A stretch of DNA of 62,612 nucleotides, counting the filler. It is 10 parts of 10 records of this genome, joined end to end, with 100 filler letters (N's around TTAATTAATTAA, not from the genome) between each part and the next. Parts side by side here need not be neighbours in the genome. Positions count along the whole stretch, not along the records: positions 1 to 20,515 come from SRR20825015_69; 9 more parts are not named here. One strand, 5' to 3'. A program made the translations under genes and the position numbers. Numbering within the stretch: position 1 is the first letter of the stretch; every line of letters starts with the position of its first letter. Below the pieces are notes generated by a model. The model ran no database searches. It saw only the letters and a program-made list of their open reading frames with translations, and was not told the origin of the DNA. Of the stretch, positions 10,615-20,124 are shown piece by piece.

Positions 10615-11346
10615 TTATTCGCCCGCGTCACCGACCGACGGCGAGGCCTTGAATCCCTTCGCCACCAGATAGGCCTCTGCCGAGTCCTTGCGGCTCGAGG
10701 GTGGCTTGACGTGGAAGGTGGTTGCAAAGTGGCGCTTGAGCATGTGCAGCAGCTCATGCTCGGTGCCGCCCTGGAACACCTTGGCCACGAAAGACCCGCC
10801 GGGATTGAGCACTTGAATTGCAAAGTCTGCGGCGATCTCGATCAGGTGCACGATGCGCAGATGGTCGGTGGCGCGGTGGCCCGTGGTCGGCCAGGCCATG
10901 TCGCTCATCACCACATCGGCGCCGTGACCGCCCATGGCCTCGATCAACATGGCGGGCGCATCCTCCTCGGTGAAATCCTTCTTGAGCAGGATGACGCCGG
11001 GGATGGCGTCCATGTCGAGGTAATCGATTCCCACGATCAGCGGATGCTCGGTGGTGGAGCCAACGGCATTGGCGGCCACTTGCGACCAGCCCCCGGGCGC
11101 CGCGCCAAGATCGACCACGCGCATTCCCTTCTTGAAGAGCTTATGCTTTTCGTTGATCTCGCGGATCTTGAAGGCGGCGCGGGAGCGATAGCCCTCGGCG
11201 CGGGCGCGGGCCACATAGGGATCGTTGAGCTGGCGTTCGAGCCATTTGGTCGACGCCACCTTGCGGCCCTTGGCCGTCTTCACCCTGATCTTGAGGTCCT
11301 TGTCGGACTTGCGTCCGCCCGTGCCCAGAGCCTTGTTATTGGCCAT
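10615..11346 (-). CDS. rlmE: 23S rRNA Um2552 methyltransferase RlmE/FtsJ
   Basis: WLERQLNDPYV, YRSRAAFK, VDLGAAPGGWSQ, VMSDMA and KPPSSRKDSAEAY motifs. Confidence 0.95.
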   Translation of the reverse strand: MANNKALGTGGRKSDKDLKIRVKTAKGRKVASTKWLERQLNDPYVARARAEGYRSRAAFKIREINEKHKLFKKGMRVVDLGAAPGGWSQVAANAVGSTTEHPLIVGIDYLDMDAIPGVILLKKDFTEEDAPAMLIEAMGGHGADVVMSDMAWPTTGHRATDHLRIVHLIEIAADFAIQVLNPGGSFVAKVFQGGTEHELLHMLKRHFATTFHVKPPSSRKDSAEAYLVAKGFKASPSVGDAGE

Positions 11347-12517
11347 TGACTTGCCTCCTGGGGTAGCGGTTCGGGCGCTTCTGCGTGCGGTCGGCGTCCA
11401 TCAGGGAAATCAGAATGCCCTCGCGCAGCCCGCGATCGGCCACGCGAACGCGCTCGGTCGGCCATTCGCGGCGAATGGCTTCGAAAATGGCGCAGCCGGG
11501 CAGCACCAGGTCTGCCCTATCCTTGCCGATGCAGGGATGGGCGACACGGCGCTCAAACGGCATGCCGAGCAGGGCCCGCATAGTTTCATCGACCTGGTCG
11601 CGCCGCATCCAGAGGCCATCGACCTTCTGCCGCTCATAGCGCTCCAGGCCCAGATGCAGCCCGGCCAGCGTGGTTACCGTGCCCGAGGTCCCGATCAGGT
11701 GGACCGGGTGCGTGCCAATCATCTGCTTGAGCTTTTCGCGCCCGCGGAACTGGCGCAGATGCGAGCCGACATGCTCGACCATGGCCTCGAACACTTCCGG
11801 GGTGACATCGACACCGCCGAATTTCTCGGCAATCGAGACCACGCCGACCGGCAGGGACTGCCAGGAGCGGATGGACGCCGACATGCGGCCTTGGGCGCGC
11901 GGGCGGCCGCCCCGAAAATCGAGCCAGGCGAGTTCAGAGGAGCCGCCGCCAATATCAAACATCAGCGCGCCCTGCGCCGCTCCGTCGATCAGATCGGCGC
12001 AGCCGGTCACGGCCAGTTCGGCCTCGGTGCGGCGATCAACGATCTCCAGCTCCAGCCCGACCTCATTTCTGACCCGGTCGAGAAAGGCCGGCCCGTTCTC
12101 CGCAGCGCGGCAAGCCTCGGTGGCAATCAGGCGCATGCGGCTTGGCTGATGGTCGCGCAGCTTGTTGCGGCACTGGCGCAGGGCATCGAGCGTGCGCTCC
12201 ATGGCCGCCTCGGACAGCCGGCCGGTGACCGACACCCCCTCGCCCAGGCGGACGATTCGGGTAAACCCGTCGAGCACGCGAAAGCCACGCTCATGCGGTC
12301 GGGCGATCAAAAGCCGGCAATTATTGGTGCCCAGGTCCAGCGCCGCATAAAGCGGCCCGCGACCGCGCCTGGGATGGGGGGCGTTTGGGGTCCGTTGTTC
12401 CGGCACGGCGGGCGGGGCAGCGCCCGCCCTGTCCCTCCGGCTCTGGCCGGTAGAGACGCCGGCTCCGGCCTCGTCCACAAGGGCCGAGACCAGGGCGGAC
12501 CGAACAGGTTCGGTCAC
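11336..12517 (-). CDS. ppx: Ppx/GppA family exopolyphosphatase
   Basis: AALDLGTNNCRLL, IVRLGEG, ATEACR, FDIGGGSSE, GTSGT and GLREG motifs. GTG start with AAGGAG RBS; overlaps the rlmE start by 11 bp. Confidence 0.9.
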   Translation of the reverse strand: MTEPVRSALVSALVDEAGAGVSTGQSRRDRAGAAPPAVPEQRTPNAPHPRRGRGPLYAALDLGTNNCRLLIARPHERGFRVLDGFTRIVRLGEGVSVTGRLSEAAMERTLDALRQCRNKLRDHQPSRMRLIATEACRAAENGPAFLDRVRNEVGLELEIVDRRTEAELAVTGCADLIDGAAQGALMFDIGGGSSELAWLDFRGGRPRAQGRMSASIRSWQSLPVGVVSIAEKFGGVDVTPEVFEAMVEHVGSHLRQFRGREKLKQMIGTHPVHLIGTSGTVTTLAGLHLGLERYERQKVDGLWMRRDQVDETMRALLGMPFERRVAHPCIGKDRADLVLPGCAIFEAIRREWPTERVRVADRGLREGILISLMDADRTQKRPNRYPRRQVNGQ

Positions 12518-12842
12518 TTTTGGCTCCTTTGTGCACGGTCGCAGGACCGGTCTAACCGGCCGCGCCCGAGGGCACATCATGTTGCGTTGTCGAAAATGAC
12601 GGTAGAGCAAGGCAGGCGGAAGCGCAACGCAAAGCATGCCCGCTGCTCTCCGGCCAATCCTGCCAATGGATGACGACATCAGCCCGATCCGCACCGGAAT
12701 GGCCGGGTACAAGGATTTTTCCCCAGCACCGCATTATTCAGGCGCCGTTCCGCTTGCATTCGGCCCCAGCTTTGTCTAATGAGACCCCCGTCGCGCTTCG
12801 CCGCCCCCGGGCCGCCGCGCCGACCTGCCAGCAGGCACCTGC

Positions 12843-12916
12843 TGGGGAATAGTTCAATGGTAGAACAGCGGACTCTGACTCCGTCGATCTTGGTTCGAAT
12901 CCAGGTTCCCCAGCCA
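12843..12916 (+). tRNA. tRNA-Gln (anticodon CTG)
   Basis: TGGGGAATAGTTCAATGGTAGAACAGCGGACTCTGACTCCGTCGATCTTGGTTCGAATCCAGGTTCCCCAGCCA folds as a cloverleaf with a TTCGAAT T-loop and encoded CCA. Confidence 0.97.
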
Positions 12917-13116
12917 AAATCTCCACTCAAGTTGTCGGGACAAATTGAGTCTGAGTCGATTCCAAGAAATCGTGAATCGATCGGCCCTTTTGTCATTAGA
13001 GAGCGAACTTTGAAGCTGCCGTACTGCGCGGGCAGACCAGCGCAGTCAGTGATCATAAAAAATATTGGAGCCCGTGATACGAACGGCGCTCATTTAACGG
13101 TTGGGAGTACTGACAT

Positions 13117-13566
13117 ATGGATGAAGCGCGCTATCGGGATGAACTCTTGTCGATCCTTCGCATGAATTCTGCGAAAGCTCTTGAAACGCTTCAAGCTTTC
13201 GACGCGGCTTTGCCGGAAAAGGCGCGTGCTATCCAGATCATGGTCCATCCTGACCAGGACGACAGCGGAATGTTTGCCGTTTTGATACATCTCAATGGCC
13301 CAGACCTCTACGTTCTCAACAAGGCGATCAGCAACTGCCGTTATTTGTTCGAAGCGCGATATGTCGACGGCAAGCTTGAGACCGAAGTCCCACTTTTCGA
13401 TGCCGAAATCGTGCCTTTCCAGGTGAATGATGTGATCGTCGACACCGCAATAATCTGGGTTCAGGAACTTTGGAAAACGTTCGGTGGCACAAAGGTGGGC
13501 CTACCAGCCTCTGTTTTCGGTGAAGAGGATTATGGCACCCAAGGGACTGTTCAGCTGTCCGCATGA
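13117..13566 (+). CDS. Hypothetical protein (possibly DUF6389-like, unverified)
   Basis: 149-aa acidic ORF with a GGGAG RBS-like motif, in a lower-GC stretch after the tRNA; PDQDDSGMF...GPDLYVLNK segment. Confidence 0.65.
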   Translation: MDEARYRDELLSILRMNSAKALETLQAFDAALPEKARAIQIMVHPDQDDSGMFAVLIHLNGPDLYVLNKAISNCRYLFEARYVDGKLETEVPLFDAEIVPFQVNDVIVDTAIIWVQELWKTFGGTKVGLPASVFGEEDYGTQGTVQLSA

Positions 13567-14120
13567 CGCTGCTTGCCAAACACGCAAATCGACTCACGAA
13601 TCCTTTGAAAGCACTCGAAATCGATTCACAATTCCTTGGAGCACCGAGTCAGTGATTTTTGGCGACGTCAGGAAATGCGGGCATCTGACCGATTCAGAAT
13701 TTCTTGATCCCGACACAAGTCGCTGAAATTCAAAGTCACGTTCCACTTGCGTTGACGCGTTGTGCGAGTTGCGCGCTGGGGGCCTTTGATCCTGGTGAAT
13801 TGTAGCAATTTCGGCCGGGTGGTGATCGAGCGGAATGACTTGCATGTCCATCGGTAGCTGGAATTCGAGAGTTGAAATGGCGGTGCGATAGCAGAATGTC
13901 TTTGCTGGCATCGCGTTCTTAAACACGGCTGCGCAATGCGCCTTTGAATTATGGCGCCCCGATCCGCGATTTAGTGTTTCTTGACGACGGCAAGATTTGC
14001 TGGCTGAACCCGGTCGCGCTGGTTCGACAGTTTAATCTGGCGTCTTTTGACGTATAGTGGAAACAAAGCGGTCAATGGCATGGTTGATACGACCTGCCAC
14101 AAGCAAAGCACTCTGCACCC

Positions 14121-15473
14121 ATGGCAAGACAAGCGGGTCCATCCGCAACGGAGCAGACGGGGCAGTATTCGGCCCGGATGATTGCCGCCTTCCGATATGG
14201 CTCGCTGGTCATCGTGGCCGTAGGCGCGGCATGGGCGGTCATCTTCGGTGTCATGGGCTGGTGGGGCATTGTTGCCCTGGACGCAGCGATTATTGCCAGC
14301 GGGCTGTCCATATATGCGCTGGTCAGGCGCGGGCAATTGGCCCTTGGCCTGCTGATCGCCCAGGCGGTGCTGATCGCAATCGCCACGATCATGGCTCTGA
14401 TCATCGACGTGCCCACGGCAGAAGCACCACGGGTGACCCATTTGTACCTGCTGGTGGTGGCAACCCTGGGGTTCCTCAACTACCAGCGGAAGGCGTCACG
14501 GGCGCAATTGGCCCTGATCGGCGTCAGCCTGTTGCTCTTTGTGCTCTTTGCCAGCGCGCCGCTGGCCAACCCCTACATGGTCGACATGCCTGTGGCCCTG
14601 CGCCAAGGCGGCACCTGGGCCAATGCCATTGTGGCCACGGGCCTGCTGGCAGGCTGCATCTATGCCATGCAGGCAGAGCTGGCGCGCAACGACAAAATCG
14701 GCCGCGACCTGCTCTCCGCCTTGTGGAACGAGGAATTCCATCTGGTGTATCAGCCCCAGGTGGATCTGGACCACCAAACGGTCGGCGCCGAGGCCCTGCT
14801 GCGCTGGAACAGTCCGGGACGCGGTGCCGTGCCGCCGGCCTCCTTCATTCCGCAAGCCGAACGGGCGGGATTAATGGTGGCGATCGGGGGCTGGGTGCTC
14901 AAGCAAGGCTGCACAACCCTGGCCGACTGGGGAAAGCACCCCGATTTCAAGCATTTGACGCTCTCGATCAATGTCAGCGCCAGCCAGATCCTGGACGATG
15001 GGTTCGCGGATCTGGTCCGCGACACATTGACTGCCACCGGGGCGGATGCGCGTCATCTGATTCTTGAGATGACCGAAAGCGTGCTGGTGACCGAGACCGA
15101 AATTGTCGTGACCAAGCTGGCGGGCCTTCAAGCTCTGGGCATTACCATTGCGCTGGATGATTTCGGCACAGGCTATTCCTCGCTCGCCTATCTGCGCAGC
15201 CTGCCCATCCAGCAGATCAAGATTGATCGCGGCTTTGTAAAAGACATGCTGGACGACCCGCGCAGCGCGTCGCTGATCAAGAATGTCGTACAGATCGGGC
15301 GGGATCTGGGACAGCTGGTGCTGGCCGAAGGGGTTGAAACGCCCGAGCAGCAAGCCCTGCTGGCGCAAATGGGGTGCATGCAGTTCCAGGGGTATTTTCA
15401 TGGCAGGCCGATGGAGCCGGCGGACTTCGAGGCCCGTATCGCGGCCGAAATGCACCGAGCCCGGACCGGCTAA
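14121..15473 (+). CDS. Membrane-anchored EAL c-di-GMP phosphodiesterase
   Basis: About six N-terminal TM helices; YQPQV, EALLRW, SINVS, LEMTES, DDFGTGYSSL, IKID, AEGVET and QGY motifs all intact. Confidence 0.92.
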   Translation: MARQAGPSATEQTGQYSARMIAAFRYGSLVIVAVGAAWAVIFGVMGWWGIVALDAAIIASGLSIYALVRRGQLALGLLIAQAVLIAIATIMALIIDVPTAEAPRVTHLYLLVVATLGFLNYQRKASRAQLALIGVSLLLFVLFASAPLANPYMVDMPVALRQGGTWANAIVATGLLAGCIYAMQAELARNDKIGRDLLSALWNEEFHLVYQPQVDLDHQTVGAEALLRWNSPGRGAVPPASFIPQAERAGLMVAIGGWVLKQGCTTLADWGKHPDFKHLTLSINVSASQILDDGFADLVRDTLTATGADARHLILEMTESVLVTETEIVVTKLAGLQALGITIALDDFGTGYSSLAYLRSLPIQQIKIDRGFVKDMLDDPRSASLIKNVVQIGRDLGQLVLAEGVETPEQQALLAQMGCMQFQGYFHGRPMEPADFEARIAAEMHRARTG

Positions 15474-15474
15474 T

Positions 15475-16773
15475 TCACCCGGCGGAACCGGCGCGCGCTT
15501 CCAGGCCCATGTCATCGATGACCCATCGACCTCTGCCGCCGCGCTTTGCCGCGTAGCAAGCCTGGTCCGCCCGCTTGAGGATGCTTCGCACGCCCTCGCC
15601 CTGGTGCGCCACAGCGACGCCAATGCTGGCAGAGAGGACGGCGCCACCCGCTTCGGTCGAAAGCCGGCGCACCGCGTCAATGATCTTGCCGGCGAGCATG
15701 CCAACCAGATCCTGGCGCACATCAATCAGGATGGCGAATTCATCACCCCCCAGACGGGCCGCGTGTCCCGTTTCGGCGGTCCAGCGCAGCACATCGGCGA
15801 TCTGGCGCAGCGCGGCGTCGCCCGCATCATGCCCGCCACTGTCGTTGATGGATTTGAAATGGTCGATATCGATATAGAGCACCGCACATGGCGGGCCGTC
15901 GAGTTTTTCGAGGCGATTGGCCAGGCGATGCTCGAAGGTTGAGCGGGTCAACAGGCCTGTCAGCCCGTCATGTTCAGCCGCCCATTTGAGGGCCGCCCGC
16001 CGCTCGACATCCTCGGTAACGTCCCGAATGGTGCCGGTCAGCCGCTTGGTCATAGGCGGAGCCCCCGCCCGGCGGGCGAAGGTCTCGACATGGCGGACCT
16101 TGCCGTCCTCCCGGATGATCCGGTAGCGGATGACTTCGGTGGCGGCGCCCACGGCGTCGTGCTGGCGCTCCGCCATCTCCCGGTCTTCGGGGTGCAGATA
16201 GTGCTGCCAGGTCTGCAATTGATGCGGCTCGAGAGCGGGATCGACGCCAAATATCTCGCGGGTTCGGGCGTCCCAGAAACCGGTCTGGCTGACCGAATCG
16301 AATTCCCAGATGCCGACATCGCTTGCCGCAAGGGCCAGGCGAAACCGCTCATTGGTCTGTTGCAAGGCCAGTTCGGCGGCCTTTTGCCGGGAAATATCGG
16401 CCTGGACCCCGACCATGCGGGTTGGCCGACCGTCGCTGTCCCGCGCAACAATGCCGCCGCGGTCAAGCACCCAGAGCCAGGTACCGTCCTTGCGCAACAG
16501 GCGGATTTCAGTCTCGATTTCGGCGGTCTCGCCACGCAAATGGCGTTCGCCGCTTTCAATGGCCCGCGCGCGATCATCGGGATGGGTCAGTTCCAGCCAG
16601 AGATCGCTGGTTTGCTCCAGTTCACCGGGCGCATAGCCGAGCATGTCGAACCAGCTCGCCGAATAGCCACACTCACCGGTGACCAGGTTCCAGTCCCAAA
16701 CACCCAGGCGCGCACGAACAATGCCATGCAAATAGGCATCGACGTCCAACTGGCCATGTTCGTGACTAGGCAT
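15475..16773 (-). CDS. PAS-PAS-GGDEF diguanylate cyclase
   Basis: Two PAS_3-type repeats (GVWDWN...HPDDR; GIWEFD...HPEDR), then DGLTGLLTR, DIDHFKSINDSGGHDAGD and RLGGDEF. Confidence 0.92.
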   Translation of the reverse strand: MPSHEHGQLDVDAYLHGIVRARLGVWDWNLVTGECGYSASWFDMLGYAPGELEQTSDLWLELTHPDDRARAIESGERHLRGETAEIETEIRLLRKDGTWLWVLDRGGIVARDSDGRPTRMVGVQADISRQKAAELALQQTNERFRLALAASDVGIWEFDSVSQTGFWDARTREIFGVDPALEPHQLQTWQHYLHPEDREMAERQHDAVGAATEVIRYRIIREDGKVRHVETFARRAGAPPMTKRLTGTIRDVTEDVERRAALKWAAEHDGLTGLLTRSTFEHRLANRLEKLDGPPCAVLYIDIDHFKSINDSGGHDAGDAALRQIADVLRWTAETGHAARLGGDEFAILIDVRQDLVGMLAGKIIDAVRRLSTEAGGAVLSASIGVAVAHQGEGVRSILKRADQACYAAKRGGRGRWVIDDMGLEARAGSAG

Positions 16774-16849
16774 CGTCAAGTTCCAACTCGAGCCTCCAAC
16801 ATGGCCCGAAGGCCCAAAGATTGGATTAAGCCGAAACTCCGAATTTAAG

Positions 16850-16879
16850 TGCCGCCGCTTTTATTTAGAAGCGGCGGCA
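16850..16879 (-). terminator. Hairpin downstream of metE, probable terminator
   Basis: Perfect 11-bp stem TGCCGCCGCTT/AAGCGGCGGCA, 20 bp after the metE stop; U-tract is weak. Confidence 0.5.
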
Positions 16880-16899
16880 GGGTTTTCACCAGGCTTTTG

Positions 16900-19164
16900 T
16901 CACCCGGCCGCTGCAAGGCGCAAGGCCTTGGCGGCAGCCACGAGATTCTGCAGCGAGGCTTTTACTTCCGGCCAGGCGCGGGTCTTGAGCCCGCAATCGG
17001 GATTGACCCAGAGCTGGTCGGGGGCAATGCCCTGCCCGGCCTTGTGCAGCAAGGCCTCCATATCGGCCTGGCCGGGCACGCGCGGGGCGTGGATATCCCA
17101 GACGCCGGGGCCGATTTCATTGGGGTAGTTGAAGTCGCGGAAGGCCTCGAGCAGTTCCATGTCCGAGCGCGAGGTTTCAATGGAAATGACGTCGGCGTCC
17201 ATTGCGGCAATGGCGGGCATGATGTCGTTGAACTCGGCATAGCACATATGGGTGTGGATCTGCGTGTCATCGGCCACGCCCGAGGCCGAGAGACGGAAGC
17301 AGTCCACCGCCCAGCGCAGATAAGCATCCCAATCGGCCTGGCGCAGCGGCAGCCCCTCGCGCAGGGCCGGCTCATCGATCTGGATGATGCCGATGCCGGC
17401 CTGTTCAAGGTCGAGCACTTCGTCGCGGATGGCCAGGCCAATCTGGCGGCAGGTTTGTGCGCGCGGCTGGTCGACCCGCACGAAACTCCATTGCAGGATG
17501 GTAACCGGGCCGGTCAGCATGCCCTTCATGTGCCGGTCCGTAAGCGAAGCGGCAAAAGCCGACCAGCGCACCGTCATCGGCGCGGGGCGCGAGACATCGC
17601 CATAGATCACCGGCGGTTTGACGCAGCGCGAGCCATAGGACTGCACCCAGCCGTTTTTGGTGAAGGCAAAGCCATCGAGCTGTTCGCCGAAATACTCCAC
17701 CATGTCATTGCGCTCGAATTCGCCATGCACCAGCACATCGAGCCCCAGCTCTTCCTGAATGCGGATGGCGTTTTCGGTCTCCTGTTCGAGAAAGGCATCA
17801 TACCCAGCCCGATCGAGCTGGCCCTTCTTGAACGCCGCGCGAGCCTGCCGCACTTCTTTGGTCTGCGGGAACGAACCGATGGTGGTGGTCGGATAGGCCG
17901 GCAGGTTGAAACGGGCGCGTTGTCTGTCGCGGCGGGTGGCGAAGGGCGCGGCGCGATCGAGTGCGATGGCCTGCGCAGCGCGGGCCTTGACCTCCGGACG
18001 GTGAATGCGCGGGGAGGCCCTGTGCGCCGCAATGGCGGCAGCGCTTGCCTCGAAAGCGGCCCTGGCGGCGCCCCTGCCCCGCTTTTGTGCCGTGGTCAGC
18101 GCCGCCACCTCCTCCAGCTTTTGCCGGGCAAAGGCCAGCCAGGATTTCAGCTCATCGTCCAGCGCGGTTTCCGCCTCGAGATCGACCGGGCTGTGCAGCA
18201 GCGAGCAGGAGGGCGCGATTTCCAGGCGATCCGGGCCGATATGGTCCCAGAGCCTGTTGACCAGACCAAAAGCGGCGTCGAGATCGGTGCGCCAGATATT
18301 GCGGCCATCGACCACGCCGACCGAGAGCGTCCTGCCGGCGGGCAAGGCGGCGAGCACGGCGTCGAGCTGATCGGGCGCGCGCACCAGATCGATATGCAGC
18401 CCCGCCACCGGAAGCCTTGCCGCCAGTTCTGTATTGTCGCGCAGCTCGCCGAAATAGGTCGTGAGCAGGATATCGGGGCCAGCCTTGCCCAGCGCCGCAT
18501 AGGCCTTTTCGAGGGCCGCCTGCTGCTTGCCTGAAAGGTCGAGCACCAGCACAGGCTCATCGATCTGCACCCAGCCTGCGCCCTCGGCCTGGAGCTGGGC
18601 CAGCAGCTCGGCATAGACCGGCAGCAGCGCATCGAGCAGGTCGAGCGGATCAAGGCCGTCATCCTTTGCCTTGGCGAGGCTGAGGAAGGTGACAGGCCCC
18701 AGGATCACCGGCCTTGTGACAAGGCCAAGCGCCCGCGCCTCGCGGAAATGATCGAGCGGCTTTCCGGCATTGAGCGCGAACGCCTGATCGCGGTGCAGCT
18801 CGGGCACGATGAAGTGGTAATTGGTGTCGAACCATTTGGTCATCTCCATGGCCGGGGCGGCATCGGTGCCGCGGGCCATGGCGAAATAGCGGGTGTCGGG
18901 GTCGGCAATATCGGCAAAGCGCGGCGGGATGGCGCCGACCAGCACCGTAGTATCCAGCACATGGTCGTAGAGCGAAAAATCGTTCGAGGGGATCACCTCG
19001 ATGCCGGCCTCGCGCTGCAGGCTCCAATGGCGGGCGCGGAGCTGGGCGGCGGTGGCGTGCAGGGCGGCCGCGTCGCTTTCGCCCTTCCAGTAGGTTTCGA
19101 GGGCCTTTTTCAGCTCGCGGTTGAGGCCGATGCGGGGAAAGCCGAGATTGGCTGAGCGGGTCAT
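16900..19164 (-). CDS. metE: Cobalamin-independent methionine synthase
   Basis: [50 protein letters not shown], Zn-binding HTHMCY and [11 protein letters not shown]. Confidence 0.98.
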   Translation of the reverse strand: MTRSANLGFPRIGLNRELKKALETYWKGESDAAALHATAAQLRARHWSLQREAGIEVIPSNDFSLYDHVLDTTVLVGAIPPRFADIADPDTRYFAMARGTDAAPAMEMTKWFDTNYHFIVPELHRDQAFALNAGKPLDHFREARALGLVTRPVILGPVTFLSLAKAKDDGLDPLDLLDALLPVYAELLAQLQAEGAGWVQIDEPVLVLDLSGKQQAALEKAYAALGKAGPDILLTTYFGELRDNTELAARLPVAGLHIDLVRAPDQLDAVLAALPAGRTLSVGVVDGRNIWRTDLDAAFGLVNRLWDHIGPDRLEIAPSCSLLHSPVDLEAETALDDELKSWLAFARQKLEEVAALTTAQKRGRGAARAAFEASAAAIAAHRASPRIHRPEVKARAAQAIALDRAAPFATRRDRQRARFNLPAYPTTTIGSFPQTKEVRQARAAFKKGQLDRAGYDAFLEQETENAIRIQEELGLDVLVHGEFERNDMVEYFGEQLDGFAFTKNGWVQSYGSRCVKPPVIYGDVSRPAPMTVRWSAFAASLTDRHMKGMLTGPVTILQWSFVRVDQPRAQTCRQIGLAIRDEVLDLEQAGIGIIQIDEPALREGLPLRQADWDAYLRWAVDCFRLSASGVADDTQIHTHMCYAEFNDIMPAIAAMDADVISIETSRSDMELLEAFRDFNYPNEIGPGVWDIHAPRVPGQADMEALLHKAGQGIAPDQLWVNPDCGLKTRAWPEVKASLQNLVAAAKALRLAAAG

Positions 19165-19304
19165 GGAGAATTCCGTTTGTGACAGGCGCGCAGGTGCGCC
19201 CGTGCAAAACACGGTGCGGCCAGACGCGCGAATATGTTGGATTGCGCCCGGCACTGGTGTCAGCGCGGGCGGATCAGGGCTGGGTTGGGGTCAGAATTGA
19301 CCGC

Positions 19305-19343
19305 TTAGCAGCGTCGCATTCGGAAATGGTGAGCAAACGTCAT
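19305..19343 (-). CDS. Candidate leader peptide (uORF) MTFAHHFRMRRC
   Basis: AGAGGA RBS 7 nt before the ATG; 12 codons plus TAA; lies between the riboswitch and metE. Confidence 0.5.
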   Translation of the reverse strand: MTFAHHFRMRRC

Positions 19344-19392
19344 GGTCGTGTCCTCTGGCCGATCCACCCGATCGGCTGACAATGGATATTCA

Positions 19393-19570
19393 CGCCCATG
19401 GTAGGTCTCCTGGCTCGCGGATCGAACCGGATGTTCCCCTTCCCGGCCATATCGGACCAGTGGATCAACGAACACCCGTCTCCGCCAACAGTTGCGGGGG
19501 CAGCTCCGGACTTGGGGCTTTGCGCCCCGCACCGGCATTCCCTGTTATCCCCTCGCGGGGACCATGGACG
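19393..19570 (-). ncRNA. Cobalamin (B12) riboswitch
   Basis: Minus strand shows P1 CGTCCATGGT/ACCATGGGCG, AACAGGGAATGCCGGTG, CTGCCCCCGCAACTGT, CCACTG...GGGAAGG and the B12 box GAGCCAGGAGACCTACC, upstream of metE. Confidence 0.95.
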
Positions 19571-19576
19571 TTGGGC

Positions 19577-19605
19577 AGGATGGCGGAGGGGGGCTGGGGT
19601 GTCAA
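19577..19605 (-). promoter_or_regulatory. Sigma70-type promoter for the riboswitch-metE transcript
   Basis: TTGACA (19605-19600), 17-nt spacer, CATCCT (19582-19577). The predicted TSS near 19570 coincides with the riboswitch 5' end. Confidence 0.7.
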
Positions 19606-19607
19606 TG

Positions 19608-19633
19608 GGGATATAAAGGTTTCTTTATATCCC
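19608..19633. promoter_or_regulatory. Palindromic operator, probable SahR (ArsR-family methionine regulator) site
   Basis: Perfect 11-4-11 palindrome GGGATATAAAG-GTTT-CTTTATATCCC beside the -35 box. Resembles the alphaproteobacterial SahR motif as recalled (ATAAAG-N4-CTTTAT). Confidence 0.65.
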
Positions 19634-19667
19634 TGTTGAGTGGCTTATCATCGTATTCCCGCGTCAG

Positions 19668-19730
19668 CCCTCATGGTGATGCTTTGCGCAGCAAATCCTC
19701 GAACCGCCCTGAGCTAGTCGAAGGGGGCGG
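19668..19730. repeat. REP-like palindromic elements downstream of the GIY-YIG gene
   Basis: CCCTCATGGTGATGCTTTGCGCAGCAAATCCTCGAACC followed by CCGCCCTGAGCTAGTCGAAGGGGGCGG. The first unit is a near-perfect inverted copy of most of 20208-20258. Confidence 0.8.
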
Positions 19731-19733
19731 TCA

Positions 19734-20021
19734 TCACCGTTTCCTTCGACTCGCCAGATTTGGCAGGCTCTCATAATCGTATCGGATGAGCGCCTCCTTC
19801 TTGCGTCGGGTCCACCCCTTGATCTGACGTTCTCGGGCGATGGCGTCGAGTATGCGTTCATAAGTTTCAGTAAAAACCAGCTCCACCGGACGGCGGCGAT
19901 GCGTGTAACCCTCGACCTCTCCAGTATTGTGCTGGTCGACCCGGTCCGCAATGGGACGTTTGGTGAGGCCGGTGTAGTAAGAACCATCGACACAACGCAA
20001 GATGTATACTGTTACTTGCAT
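19734..20021 (-). CDS. Small stand-alone GIY-YIG nuclease (YhbQ/UPF0213-like)
   Basis: VYILRCVDGSYYTGLT, RVDQHNTG, YTHRRRPVELV and ARERQIKGWTRRKKEALI. Confidence 0.92.
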   Translation of the reverse strand: MQVTVYILRCVDGSYYTGLTKRPIADRVDQHNTGEVEGYTHRRRPVELVFTETYERILDAIARERQIKGWTRRKKEALIRYDYESLPNLASRRKR

Positions 20022-20124
20022 TGCCCTGCTCCCATGCTGCTAGAATTGGCTTACCACTCTACAATGAGTGGCGCCTGAAAATTCAACAACAGGGATATCT
20101 TACAAGCCACTGGTTCACCCGCCA

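Noticed and set aside
13594-13926. 110-aa minus-strand ORF in the tRNA islet
   Set aside because: No RBS or motif and atypical composition; cannot be supported as a gene.
70-18534. Long antisense ORFs (70-1758, 3635-5200, 8793-10652, 11225-12673, 16849-18534; also 58280-59212 and 58969-59982)
   Set aside because: They are shadows of real genes (guaA, guaB, SBP, ppx, metE, hisS, hisZ) caused by high-GC codon bias, and carry no recognisable motifs.
19173-19186. CCTGTCACAAACGG just before the metE start, resembling the 5' part of the SAM-SAH riboswitch
   Set aside because: The required downstream CUUCCUGGCGUGAC pairing segment is absent, so the match is probably coincidental.
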